From Myxococcota bacterium (lineage in GTDB: Bacteria > Myxococcota_A > SURF-8), in the NCBI GenBank assembly GCA_965140415.1, contig OZ223209.1, positions 1-64,000 on the forward strand: a stretch of 64,000 bases of DNA, written 5' to 3'. Of this stretch, positions 49,259 through 58,319 are shown in pieces. Each line of letters starts with the position of its first letter. The stretch's first letter is position 1. Under the pieces are notes generated by a model that saw only the letters and a program-made list of their open reading frames with translations, searched no databases and was not told where the DNA came from. The position numbers and the translations under genes were made by a program.

Positions 49259-49388
49259 ATTAGCGAAAAAGCGCTGACAAACTGGTAAAAAATAAATTAA
49301 TTTGGAAACGTTTGCTTTGCAATCGTATCTATTGCTATGGTAGCTTGTCGAACCTGAAATTATTTTCTTGAACACAGGAGCTAGATCG

Positions 49389-49751
49389 ATGACAGAATTT
49401 GTGGAAGCAACCGGTTGTGATATTCAGATCTCCAAGTCTGCTATTTCTGAATTCGAAACCATTATGCAGCAGGATGAAAACAAGGGAAAAGCCATCCGCA
49501 TCATGATCGCGGGCATGGGTTGCAGCGGTCCTCAGATCGGTCTGGCCCTGGACGACCCGAACGAAGCCGACAAGGTTTTCGATGACAACGGCGTGCAGAT
49601 CCTGGTTGATGAAGGCATGAAACAGCAGATCACTGCGTTTGAAGGTCTGCAAATCGAATTCGTCAACGATCCCAGCTATGGCACCGGATTCAAGGTCGCC
49701 TTCAAGAATCCGCCGGCCAGCAGTTGCGGCGGCAGTTGTAGCGGCTGCTAA
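49389..49751 (+). CDS. HesB/IscA-family Fe-S cluster assembly accessory protein
   Basis: IRIMIAGMGCSGPQIGLALD, C-terminal CGGSCSGC; AGGAG RBS. Confidence 0.82.
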   Translation: MTEFVEATGCDIQISKSAISEFETIMQQDENKGKAIRIMIAGMGCSGPQIGLALDDPNEADKVFDDNGVQILVDEGMKQQITAFEGLQIEFVNDPSYGTGFKVAFKNPPASSCGGSCSGC

Positions 49752-49805
49752 GGTACCCTGAAAAGTTAAGATGATCCTACATGGAGGGTCATCCTGGTAT
49801 GTTCG

Positions 49806-49840
49806 ACAAGCCCCGTCGTTTTCGGCGGGGTTTGTTTTTT
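49806..49840 (+). terminator. Intrinsic terminator after the HesB gene
   Basis: ACAAGCCCCGTCG-TTTT-CGGCGGGGTTTGT followed by TTTTT. Confidence 0.8.
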
Positions 49841-49907
49841 GTGGAGGAACTTGCCTGGAACTTACGTTCTTAGAGGAGTTACTATCCATTATTAGTGATG
49901 TCTTCTT

Positions 49908-49974
49908 GTAGCGGCGAGGCGTAAGCCCGCCGAAAAACACCAATAATAACGGCGGGCTTACGCTCCGCCGCTAC
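49908..49974. repeat. REPIN-like inverted doublet of a 25-bp GTAG-type REP
   Basis: GTAGCGGCGAGGCGTAAGCCCGCCG (49908-49932) and an inverted copy (49950-49974) around a 17-nt AT-rich spacer. Confidence 0.75.
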
Positions 49975-50023
49975 GGGAAATCAAAAGAACGAATTGTTAA
50001 AATCAAATAATAACCCGTATAGA

Positions 50024-51448
50024 TTACAGATCTCGTATCGCCAGCGCCAGTAGCGTCAGATACAAAGCGAAGCTCCACAGGCAGCGCTTCACTGCGACGT
50101 TTCGTGACGCACTTTTCAACAGCGAAAAACCCGGTAGAGTTGCACAAAGCAGCAACGCAACCGGCCAGCCGATTAGCCCATGACTTGCAAGCAACCATCC
50201 GGGTGGAAGCAATAGACCGAGCGTAATGGCCGCGGCCACCATTCGGTTGATGCGCGATTCCGGCCAGCCCTTGCGCAGCAGGCGCACGTACAAGGTTTGT
50301 ATGTTTTCCGCGCGGTCGGATTCGATGTCCTTGTAATCCTTTGCCATCGACAGCAAGGAACCGCCGCCGAACACCAGAAGCAATGGCCAGAATAACGGCG
50401 TTTCTTTTGCAAAACCGGTTTCCGTGACCGCGCCGCACAAAAAGGAAAACAGCGCAAAGCCACCTTCGATTTTGTAACTTAAGCAAAAACGCGACTTCAG
50501 CCGGAAGCTGGGATGATGATAAAGCAGGCCCAGTAAGGCAATCGCCGCCACCAGCCAGGGCAATAACGGTGCGATTCGCAATTGCCCCCAGGCTAAGAGC
50601 AATAAAAGAAAACTCGTGAACAGAACATCGTTTTCGGTGACGCGCGCCGGACGTCCGGCCCGAAGATCTTCCTTGCGGTCGTAGTAGTCGTTGTGAACGA
50701 TCAACACCAGAAACGTGAAAAAGACCAGACCCGCCCGGCATAAGGCGGTCGTATCGGACGCGCCGACCCAGAACGCACCGCCCGCAGCCAAGGCTGCCAT
50801 CGGTAAGGCGTGTACAAAACGACGTAGACTCGGTCCAAGCTGCTTCCATTGCAACCCGGCGTAAATCAATGCCGCCGCCACCGTCAGTCCTACCGCTACA
50901 GCCGCGTGCTGCCGGGGACCGTTCAACGGCATATGCTGCACCCAGATCGCCCACAGGGCGATCAGTTGCACGATGCCATATGAAACAAGCCAGGCGATTA
51001 CAGCTTTTAAAAAACTGTGGCTGACGGCCAGGACAAATATCCCGGTAGCCACGATCAAGCCCCACAGTACGAGCGATTCACCCAGTGGCTGATCTGCGGC
51101 GAACAGGCTCCATTTAAAGGAGCGAAAATAGATATAGGGCTGTACGCCCGCGCCGCCCAGTGCAAGATCGAACAGCGGGGGAGCCAGTCCGAAAAGCAAG
51201 CCGACGCTGACGGCGTTGGCGACAGCGGTATAGGGCCGACGCAATAAGACCGCCACCAAGGCGGAAAAGGCCAGAAACATCGCAGTGTAAAACGAAGCCT
51301 GCGCCAGCATCAACATGGAAACCTGGCGCACGTCCTGTCCAGTTACGCCCATTTCCAATAGCGCTCTGCCAATTGTGACGACCAGAATCGCCGCTAATGG
51401 TCCACGCGCATCGTAGCGGCTCTCCAGTACCAGCAACACCCGTTTCAT
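50024..51448 (-). CDS. UbiA prenyltransferase-superfamily membrane protein with extra N-terminal TM region
   Basis: Asp-rich motifs NDYYDRKED and KDYKDIESD, many TM segments; start MKRVLL with AGGGG RBS. Confidence 0.7.
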   Translation of the reverse strand: MKRVLLVLESRYDARGPLAAILVVTIGRALLEMGVTGQDVRQVSMLMLAQASFYTAMFLAFSALVAVLLRRPYTAVANAVSVGLLFGLAPPLFDLALGGAGVQPYIYFRSFKWSLFAADQPLGESLVLWGLIVATGIFVLAVSHSFLKAVIAWLVSYGIVQLIALWAIWVQHMPLNGPRQHAAVAVGLTVAAALIYAGLQWKQLGPSLRRFVHALPMAALAAGGAFWVGASDTTALCRAGLVFFTFLVLIVHNDYYDRKEDLRAGRPARVTENDVLFTSFLLLLLAWGQLRIAPLLPWLVAAIALLGLLYHHPSFRLKSRFCLSYKIEGGFALFSFLCGAVTETGFAKETPLFWPLLLVFGGGSLLSMAKDYKDIESDRAENIQTLYVRLLRKGWPESRINRMVAAAITLGLLLPPGWLLASHGLIGWPVALLLCATLPGFSLLKSASRNVAVKRCLWSFALYLTLLALAIRDL

Positions 51449-51629
51449 TGCACCCCTAACTTGGAAAACAAACATTAGGAGCAGGGCGGGTGCCCCGCTT
51501 CAACTTTAAGACTTAATTTCCGAAATAAAAAACCCGCCTTTTGCAGGCAATCACTCCAACAGTTGATCGACAATGCGACCGGTACAGCAGGAACGTTGCA
51601 AAAGGCGGGTAGAACGAAAACAAAAAGTA

Positions 51630-54600
51630 CTACCGAATGACAGACTTACGACGTCGCATAAGGCATCCTGCCAGCAGTAGCGCAAGCCACAGCCAGGCGG
51701 CTTGCAATGGTTGCTGCTGACAGCCTCCGCCCGAACCGCCGCTGCCCTGATCGTCATCCGCATCGACGTCACCCGGAAGCACATCGCCGTCCGGCGCATC
51801 CTGACAGGTTCCACCAATACAGACTTGATCGTCGCAGTCCTTCGTCCAAATCCAACCATCGCCTTCGGCGTTGCAGGTCATCACGACATTGCCGTCGCAG
51901 ATCGTCTCCGACGGTGTACAGGTTTCCGGCAGATCATCACCATCGGGAAGTGTGTCGCCATCTACAATGAGATCGCCGTCGATCAGATCCCCATCTACCA
52001 CGAGATCTCCATCTACAAGGTCGCCGTCCACAACATCACCATCCACTGGCGTGTCGCCGTCCACGACATCACCATCCACCGGTGTGTCGCCGTCCACGAC
52101 GTCACCATCTACCGGCATATCACCGTCTACAACATCACCATCCACGACATCGCCATCCACCGGTGTGTCACCGTCCACGACGTCACCATCCACCGGCGTG
52201 TCTCCGTCTACAACATCACCATCCACGACATCGCCATCCACCGGTGTGTCACCGTCCACGACGTCACCATCCACCGGCGTGTCTCCGTCTACAAAATCAC
52301 CATCAACCGGCAAGTCGCCGTCCACAATATCGCCATCAATGACGTCACCATCCACAACGGGAGTGTACGTTACAGTCAGGACGAAATCGCCGGTAATGGG
52401 CGTAGCCAGATCGCCGAAGTTTTCCACAACGATCAGCACCGGACCGTCGGCGGTTGCAACAAAGGTAAGCCGCTCTTCGCCGGAATCCGCATTGGAATCC
52501 GCCGCATCAAGACAGGTCGCGCCGTCTACGCATTCGCTTAAAATCAGCAGCCCGGCGTCGAAATCGTTGGGAGCCAACACGATATCCACACTGTCTCCCT
52601 CCAACAGGTCGAGTTGGAAGATCACATCCGAACCGCTTGCATCCGCGCTGATGCCGCAGGAAGAGGCATAGGCTCCCAGATGGCTGGGGTGCTGTGCCAG
52701 GGTAGCATGGGTTTCACTGGAAACTTGAATCACGATCGGATTGTCGCAGTTGCCAGATGCTTCAATATGTTGGCAGTCCAGTTGCGGATCGCAGCTATCT
52801 TCCGTCCAGTCGATGCCGTCGTCGCAGGCGTCATCATCCGGAGTATGCACGCACTCGCCGCTGGCCGAGTCGCAGGTGTCGATGGTGCATCCGATACTGT
52901 CATCGCAATCGGCGTTTTCATTGCAGCGCCAGATGCAGCTACCGTTAAGGCATTCGCCCAATACCGGCGGATTGAACTGCACGTAACAGGCCCAGCCATC
53001 GTGCGATGGAAGCTGTTCGCATTGATCCAGATCCTCATTACACTCACCGACGGTGCAGGTAAAGCCATCGTCGCAATCCATGGCCTGCGATACGCAGACA
53101 CCGTTGGAACAATGATCGCCGGTCATGCAGAAGAGGCCGTCGTCACAGGCATTGTTGTCATTGGCGACCGACTGGCAATCCAGAGCGGCGTCGCAGGTAT
53201 CGTCGGTGCAGGGATTGTTATCATCGCAGGCCAGATCGACCGGCGTGTTGCTACAAGTACCCGTTTGCTCATTACAGACATCGCGGGTACAGCTTATTTC
53301 ATCGTCGCAATCCGCGTTCGAATGGCAGAGCAGCGCACAAACACCGTTCAGGCATTCGCCGACGATACCGGCGGCATGATCGTAGTAGCAGGCCCAGCCG
53401 TCATGCGCCGGAAGCTGTTCGCATTGATCCTGATCCTCGTTGCACTGACCGGCAGTGCAAGTGAAGTTGTCCTCGCAATCACGCGGTGTGCTACCGCATT
53501 CGCCGCCCGCGCACTGATCGTTGACCGTACACCACAAACCATCATCACACGCGGCGGTGTTGTTGACATACTGACAGGCATCGGCCTGGTTATCGCAACT
53601 ATCGTCGGTACAGGGATTGTCATCGTCGCAATCGACCGGTTCGGCGGCGACGCAGGCGCAATTGTTGCAGGTTGCCACGCCGTTGCAGAAGATACCGTCG
53701 TCGCAACTGTTACTGTCGTCGCAGCGGTGCATGACGGTGTCGGTGTCTTCGTCGCACCAATCGTCGGTGCAGGGATTGTCGTCTTCGATGACCGGTACGT
53801 TTTCCGCCGTGCAAACGCTGCTTCTACAGCTTTCCACGCCGTTGCAGAACAGGCCGTCGGAACAGTCCGCGCCCTCGGGAAGCGCACAGTGGACACAGGC
53901 GCTGCCATCATAACCATCGATGGTGCAGGCTTCGCTGTCGTCACAATCCTGACCGGCTCCGGTCACCACGACCTGATCGATCCAGACGCTGTCTTCACCG
54001 GAAGACTGGCTGACATCTTTATCGTACACCCAGCGCAGCACGTGACTTCCGGCAGCGAGTGCGCGGGAGTACTGCGACCAGTTGTTCGTTCCGGCCCATT
54101 GTTGCATCTGCTGGCCATCCACCAGGAACTTGAGGTAATCGAAAGAAGATTCGGTGCTTTCCCTGTGATAGAAGCTGACCGTACCGGCTTCGATCAGGTT
54201 GACCGTCAACTCCAACCAGCTGATCTGGTTGTCACCAATATCGCCGTTGACCGCCGAACGTGACCCGGCATAGGCTTGAGCGCTCGTCACAAGCCAGTTG
54301 GCATCTCCACCTGTAGTCCAGCCCGTTGGCAGGGTGTTGGCTTCGAAACCTTCCGAAAGCAGGCCGCCCTGTCCACCGCAATAACCACCGACGCAAACGT
54401 TTTGACCGTCGGCGCAACTGCTGCAATCGTCCAGTGCTTCGCTGATACACGCTCCATTCTGGCAGGAATCGGTGGTGCATTCGTTACCGTCGCCATTGCC
54501 CGTGCAGGGCAGACCGTTACCGACGGCGGGATGCTCGCAGCTTCCGGAAATACAATAATCCTGCGTACAGGAATTACCGTCGTCCTCGCAGGCGGAGTTG

Positions 54601-57600
54601 TCGGGCAATGCGGGATGAGCGCATTGTCCGGAAATGCAGTAATCACCGGTGCAGGGAGAATCGTCCGGGGTACAGGGCGTTTGATCCGGGTAGGGATCGC
54701 CGATGCAGGAACCACTCTGACAGGTTGCGTTTTGCGAGCATTCGTTGCCATCGCTGCAATCGGTGCCATCGGTCAGACCGCAACTCACGCAGACATTGCC
54801 CACTTTGCTTTCGATGGTGCAGGCGTTGCCGTCGTCGCATTCGCTGTACACGCCGGAAACGGACACGTCGTCGATCCAGACCTTGTCCGCACCGTCGGAC
54901 TGGCTTCCGTCCTTGTCGTAGGTCCATTGCAGTTCGTGCTCGCCTGCGCTCAACGGATGGGTGAACTGTTCCCAGTTGTTGGAACCGGCCCACTCGTCAA
55001 CGAGTTCACCGTCCACCAGGAACTGTAAATAATCGTAACTCGATTCCGTGTCTTCCATGTGATAGAAGGATACTTCACCATCCACGCTTAACGTAACGGT
55101 CAATGAAAGCGTTGAGACTTCGCTGTCGTCGATGTCGCCGCTGGCCGCGCTAGCCAGACCGCTGTACATCTGCGCCGTGCTCTGCTGCCAATCCGCATTG
55201 CCGCTGGTTTCCCAGCCGTCACCGGAAGGCAGGCCGCTTTCGAAACCTTCGATCAGCAGATCCGAACCGTAGTTGCACTCTCCGCCGATACAGGAACCGC
55301 TTTCGCCGCAGGCGCTGCAATCGTCGAGCGCTTCGTTCTGACAGCCGCCACTGACGTTACAGCTATCGGTGGTGCAGTCGTTGTGATCGTCGCAACTGAT
55401 GCACTGACCTTCGAAGCAACTTCCGCCCTCACCACAAGCGGTGCAGTTCGTTTCATCTTCATAGTAGCAGCCACCGTTGGGTTCGCACAGATCGACCGTA
55501 CAGGGATTGTTATCGGAGCAGGAAATCGAAGGGTAGCTACAGGCTCCGGTCTGCTCATCGCACACATTCTGCGTGCAGATGTTGTCGTCATCGCATTTCG
55601 GACTGGTGGTGCACATGCCGTCGTTGTCGCAGAATTCAAGCGTGCAGGGGTTGTCGTCGTCGCAGTCGGAATTGTTCTGGCACTCGATGCGATCCTGGGC
55701 GTTGCTCACGTACAGAGCGAAGTCCTGGTCGGTGCTGTCGCCGTTACCGGGCAGGCCGTCGGAGTTGATGTTGGCCGCAATGACTTCAACCGTAAAGCTG
55801 CTGTAACCGCCCACTGGCAGGAATACCACTTCGATGTTGTTCTTGGCATCGAAATCGCCGCCGGTAGCGCTATAGCCTTCCGAAAAGACATTACCCTTGT
55901 ACTGCGTGCCGTTATCCAGAGTAACCAAAAGGTTCAGATCGTTGTTGTAGTTATTGCCGCTGGTCGCGCCGGGCGCGTCGGTAAAGGCCAACGTAATCTT
56001 GACCGGCTGCCCACTGTCTGCGGGGCGTAGGTTCTGCATTTCGAAACTTTGGCCAGTCTGTGTAAACAGTTCGGTCTGATCCGCAACGATCCGGGGCGCG
56101 TCGGTAAAGATACCGGACATGTCGATGCCGCCCCAGCCGACCCACTTGTTCGGAATGTTCGGAATCGCACCACCGTAACCGGTGTTTCCGCCGACCAGAT
56201 CGTAAGTGTGATTGGACATGATGGCTTTGATCATCGCCGGGCTGGGTTCTACGTCGTAAGTCTGATTGTACCAGTGAGCCACCAGCGCCGCCGTTCCGGC
56301 TGCCGCCGGTGTGCTGTGACTGGTGCCGGAAGACCAGGTGTAGAGCGTCTGGCCGCTGGGCCAGTATTCATCGCAGGTACCCTGCACATCCTGATAGTTC
56401 GGATCGGAAGAGGCCACACCCTGGATATGCGTTCCAGGTGCGACGATATCCGGCTTCAGGCGGCCATCCAAACAGAAGCCGCGACTGCTGAAGTCGGCCA
56501 GATCCTTGGCGTTGTCCGCACCTGCGGAAGTCTGCCCGCAGCCGTCATCGCCGGTAGGACGCCAGTTTTCGCTCGCGCCAACGGTAATCACGTTTTTCGC
56601 GGTTCCCGGTGCGCCGATGGATTCGAAGGTTTCGCCGCTGCCCCACTGGCCGCCGTCGCCGTCGTTTCCGGCTGAGAAGAGAATCGTCATCGGTTGCAGG
56701 CCGTTGTCTGCGTTGCGGTCGCTGTCGCGTACAAGCGCATCGTATTCCTGCGCTTCCGAATCGTATTCGCCCATGTTGGACTTACCCCAGCTATTGGTGG
56801 AGATGCGCGCGCCGCCGTCATAGGAAGCGGTAACGATCTGAGTCAACGTCATGCTGCCGGTGTCCCAGCCGTCGGCGTCGAACACGCGACTGGCCGCCAA
56901 CCCGACACCCGGAGCTACGCCCAGACCGTACAGATATCCCGCCGGGTCCAGTACGCCGGAACCGCTCGGATTCGGATACGCACCGACGATGGAAAGATTC
57001 AGCGTGCCGTGGCCGTCGATGTCGTGACCGGAAGAATCGCTGGTATAGTTGTTGATGTAGACGACATGTCCCTGCAAATCGGGATGCATGCCGGTAGTCG
57101 AACCGACGTCGCAACCGCTGTCGGTGATATCGACGATGACGTTATTCAGCCCGGTTTGCAGTCCGCGCGCCTGTAGCCAGGACAGATAACCGGGATTACT
57201 GGGCTGGGTTCCGGCGGAGTTCAACTCACCGGCCATAATCATATCCTGCCGTTCGTCCATCATTTTCGGCTTGATATACGGCTCGACCCAGTAGACATCC
57301 GAGCGGGTAGTCAATAGTCCCACCGTTGCGGAATCCAGGCGGACCTTGTAAATCTTGTGATTGCGGATCGTGACGGCGGAGGCGATGAATTCAAGCGCCT
57401 TGCTTTTAATGATTTCCACCGTGTCGGCGTTACCGGGATGCTGCACGACATACACCGCAACATCCAACTCGCCCCACTGGTTGTCCAAGCGCGGATGCAG
57501 GCGGTCGGCCTGTTTCCAGTTCCGGGCGTAGTCGATGTCGTTTTTCGTATCCGCCAGCGCAGCCGCCAGATTCTTGCCGCTATCGTACACGACATAGGCA

Positions 57601-58019
57601 TTCTCCGGGATGTAATCCAACACTACCAATCCATGCTGCTGCAAACGCTTGACGAAACCGTCCGTAATCGCTCCTCGATGATGCAGCAGTCGAATACCGG
57701 CTGCGCCATCCACCTGGGAAAGCAGGTTGGTCTTGCTCTGCGTCTGTGCCGTTTCCGTTGCCCGGCGCAGATGAATCTGCTTCATCTGCGAGGCATCCCG
57801 CAACCACATTCCTTGCGTATCCTGCTCGAACAAGCGCCCCGAGGCGTCTTCGTACAGCGCGAAATTTCCGTAATCGCGCACGAATGTCGCATCGACAGGT
57901 AAGGTCTTGACAGCACTATCGGTCAATTCCGATTGAGCGGAATCGCCACAGCCTGCAAGCCAGAGCAGGGAGAGAGATACCAATAACATTAACATTTTAC
58001 TTAGCTTGGAATGCGGCAT
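51630..58019 (-). CDS. S8 (Kp43-like) serine protease with Cys-rich repeats, two beta-sandwich modules, DGD array and MYXO-CTERM-like tail
   Basis: Triad DITDSG / GHGT / GTSHS, AGN oxyanion; lipobox LAGC; CDDxNxCTxDxC repeats; GGGC + hydrophobic + RRRK tail; start 58019 with GGAAGGA RBS. Confidence 0.9.
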   Translation of the reverse strand: MPHSKLSKMLMLLVSLSLLWLAGCGDSAQSELTDSAVKTLPVDATFVRDYGNFALYEDASGRLFEQDTQGMWLRDASQMKQIHLRRATETAQTQSKTNLLSQVDGAAGIRLLHHRGAITDGFVKRLQQHGLVVLDYIPENAYVVYDSGKNLAAALADTKNDIDYARNWKQADRLHPRLDNQWGELDVAVYVVQHPGNADTVEIIKSKALEFIASAVTIRNHKIYKVRLDSATVGLLTTRSDVYWVEPYIKPKMMDERQDMIMAGELNSAGTQPSNPGYLSWLQARGLQTGLNNVIVDITDSGCDVGSTTGMHPDLQGHVVYINNYTSDSSGHDIDGHGTLNLSIVGAYPNPSGSGVLDPAGYLYGLGVAPGVGLAASRVFDADGWDTGSMTLTQIVTASYDGGARISTNSWGKSNMGEYDSEAQEYDALVRDSDRNADNGLQPMTILFSAGNDGDGGQWGSGETFESIGAPGTAKNVITVGASENWRPTGDDGCGQTSAGADNAKDLADFSSRGFCLDGRLKPDIVAPGTHIQGVASSDPNYQDVQGTCDEYWPSGQTLYTWSSGTSHSTPAAAGTAALVAHWYNQTYDVEPSPAMIKAIMSNHTYDLVGGNTGYGGAIPNIPNKWVGWGGIDMSGIFTDAPRIVADQTELFTQTGQSFEMQNLRPADSGQPVKITLAFTDAPGATSGNNYNNDLNLLVTLDNGTQYKGNVFSEGYSATGGDFDAKNNIEVVFLPVGGYSSFTVEVIAANINSDGLPGNGDSTDQDFALYVSNAQDRIECQNNSDCDDDNPCTLEFCDNDGMCTTSPKCDDDNICTQNVCDEQTGACSYPSISCSDNNPCTVDLCEPNGGCYYEDETNCTACGEGGSCFEGQCISCDDHNDCTTDSCNVSGGCQNEALDDCSACGESGSCIGGECNYGSDLLIEGFESGLPSGDGWETSGNADWQQSTAQMYSGLASAASGDIDDSEVSTLSLTVTLSVDGEVSFYHMEDTESSYDYLQFLVDGELVDEWAGSNNWEQFTHPLSAGEHELQWTYDKDGSQSDGADKVWIDDVSVSGVYSECDDGNACTIESKVGNVCVSCGLTDGTDCSDGNECSQNATCQSGSCIGDPYPDQTPCTPDDSPCTGDYCISGQCAHPALPDNSACEDDGNSCTQDYCISGSCEHPAVGNGLPCTGNGDGNECTTDSCQNGACISEALDDCSSCADGQNVCVGGYCGGQGGLLSEGFEANTLPTGWTTGGDANWLVTSAQAYAGSRSAVNGDIGDNQISWLELTVNLIEAGTVSFYHRESTESSFDYLKFLVDGQQMQQWAGTNNWSQYSRALAAGSHVLRWVYDKDVSQSSGEDSVWIDQVVVTGAGQDCDDSEACTIDGYDGSACVHCALPEGADCSDGLFCNGVESCRSSVCTAENVPVIEDDNPCTDDWCDEDTDTVMHRCDDSNSCDDGIFCNGVATCNNCACVAAEPVDCDDDNPCTDDSCDNQADACQYVNNTAACDDGLWCTVNDQCAGGECGSTPRDCEDNFTCTAGQCNEDQDQCEQLPAHDGWACYYDHAAGIVGECLNGVCALLCHSNADCDDEISCTRDVCNEQTGTCSNTPVDLACDDNNPCTDDTCDAALDCQSVANDNNACDDGLFCMTGDHCSNGVCVSQAMDCDDGFTCTVGECNEDLDQCEQLPSHDGWACYVQFNPPVLGECLNGSCIWRCNENADCDDSIGCTIDTCDSASGECVHTPDDDACDDGIDWTEDSCDPQLDCQHIEASGNCDNPIVIQVSSETHATLAQHPSHLGAYASSCGISADASGSDVIFQLDLLEGDSVDIVLAPNDFDAGLLILSECVDGATCLDAADSNADSGEERLTFVATADGPVLIVVENFGDLATPITGDFVLTVTYTPVVDGDVIDGDIVDGDLPVDGDFVDGDTPVDGDVVDGDTPVDGDVVDGDVVDGDTPVDGDVVDGDTPVDGDVVDGDVVDGDMPVDGDVVDGDTPVDGDVVDGDTPVDGDVVDGDLVDGDLVVDGDLIDGDLIVDGDTLPDGDDLPETCTPSETICDGNVVMTCNAEGDGWIWTKDCDDQVCIGGTCQDAPDGDVLPGDVDADDDQGSGGSGGGCQQQPLQAAWLWLALLLAGCLMRRRKSVIR
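51935..52355 (-). repeat. DGD repeat array of mixed 15- and 18-bp units (VVDGD/TPVDGD)
   Basis: Repeated TCACCATCCAC / TCGCCGTCCAC units. Confidence 0.85.
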
Positions 58020-58319
58020 GAAACGTCCTTCCATTATCGAGATGAGACATACACAGAGGAGAAACGAGTGTGGCTTGTTTCGAACAGGTTTTCTCGTTGT
58101 AATTTTATTGCAAAACAACCAGGCACGACGATGAGCCCTCTTTACCCGTCGCAACGGTCATGTAAGATCGCAGGCAACGGGGGATCGGAAAAACTTAGGT
58201 GCATCGAACATTATAGGATATGAACCCCTGCACACCGGGGGAGTGTACCAATCGGATAAAAGAAATCAAATGAAAAATGTATGAAAAGGAGCAAACAGGC
58301 AAATAGGCTACGGATTTCG

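Noticed and set aside
49389-49751. HesB-like selenoprotein
   Set aside because: The relevant position is TGC (Cys, GCSGP); there is no in-frame TGA.
52614-55028. Long antisense ORFs (549 aa, 250 aa; similarly 33304-34623, 7812-8906 and 49971-51065)
   Set aside because: They overlap well-supported genes on the opposite strand or frame, have no motifs, and are expected from high GC3.
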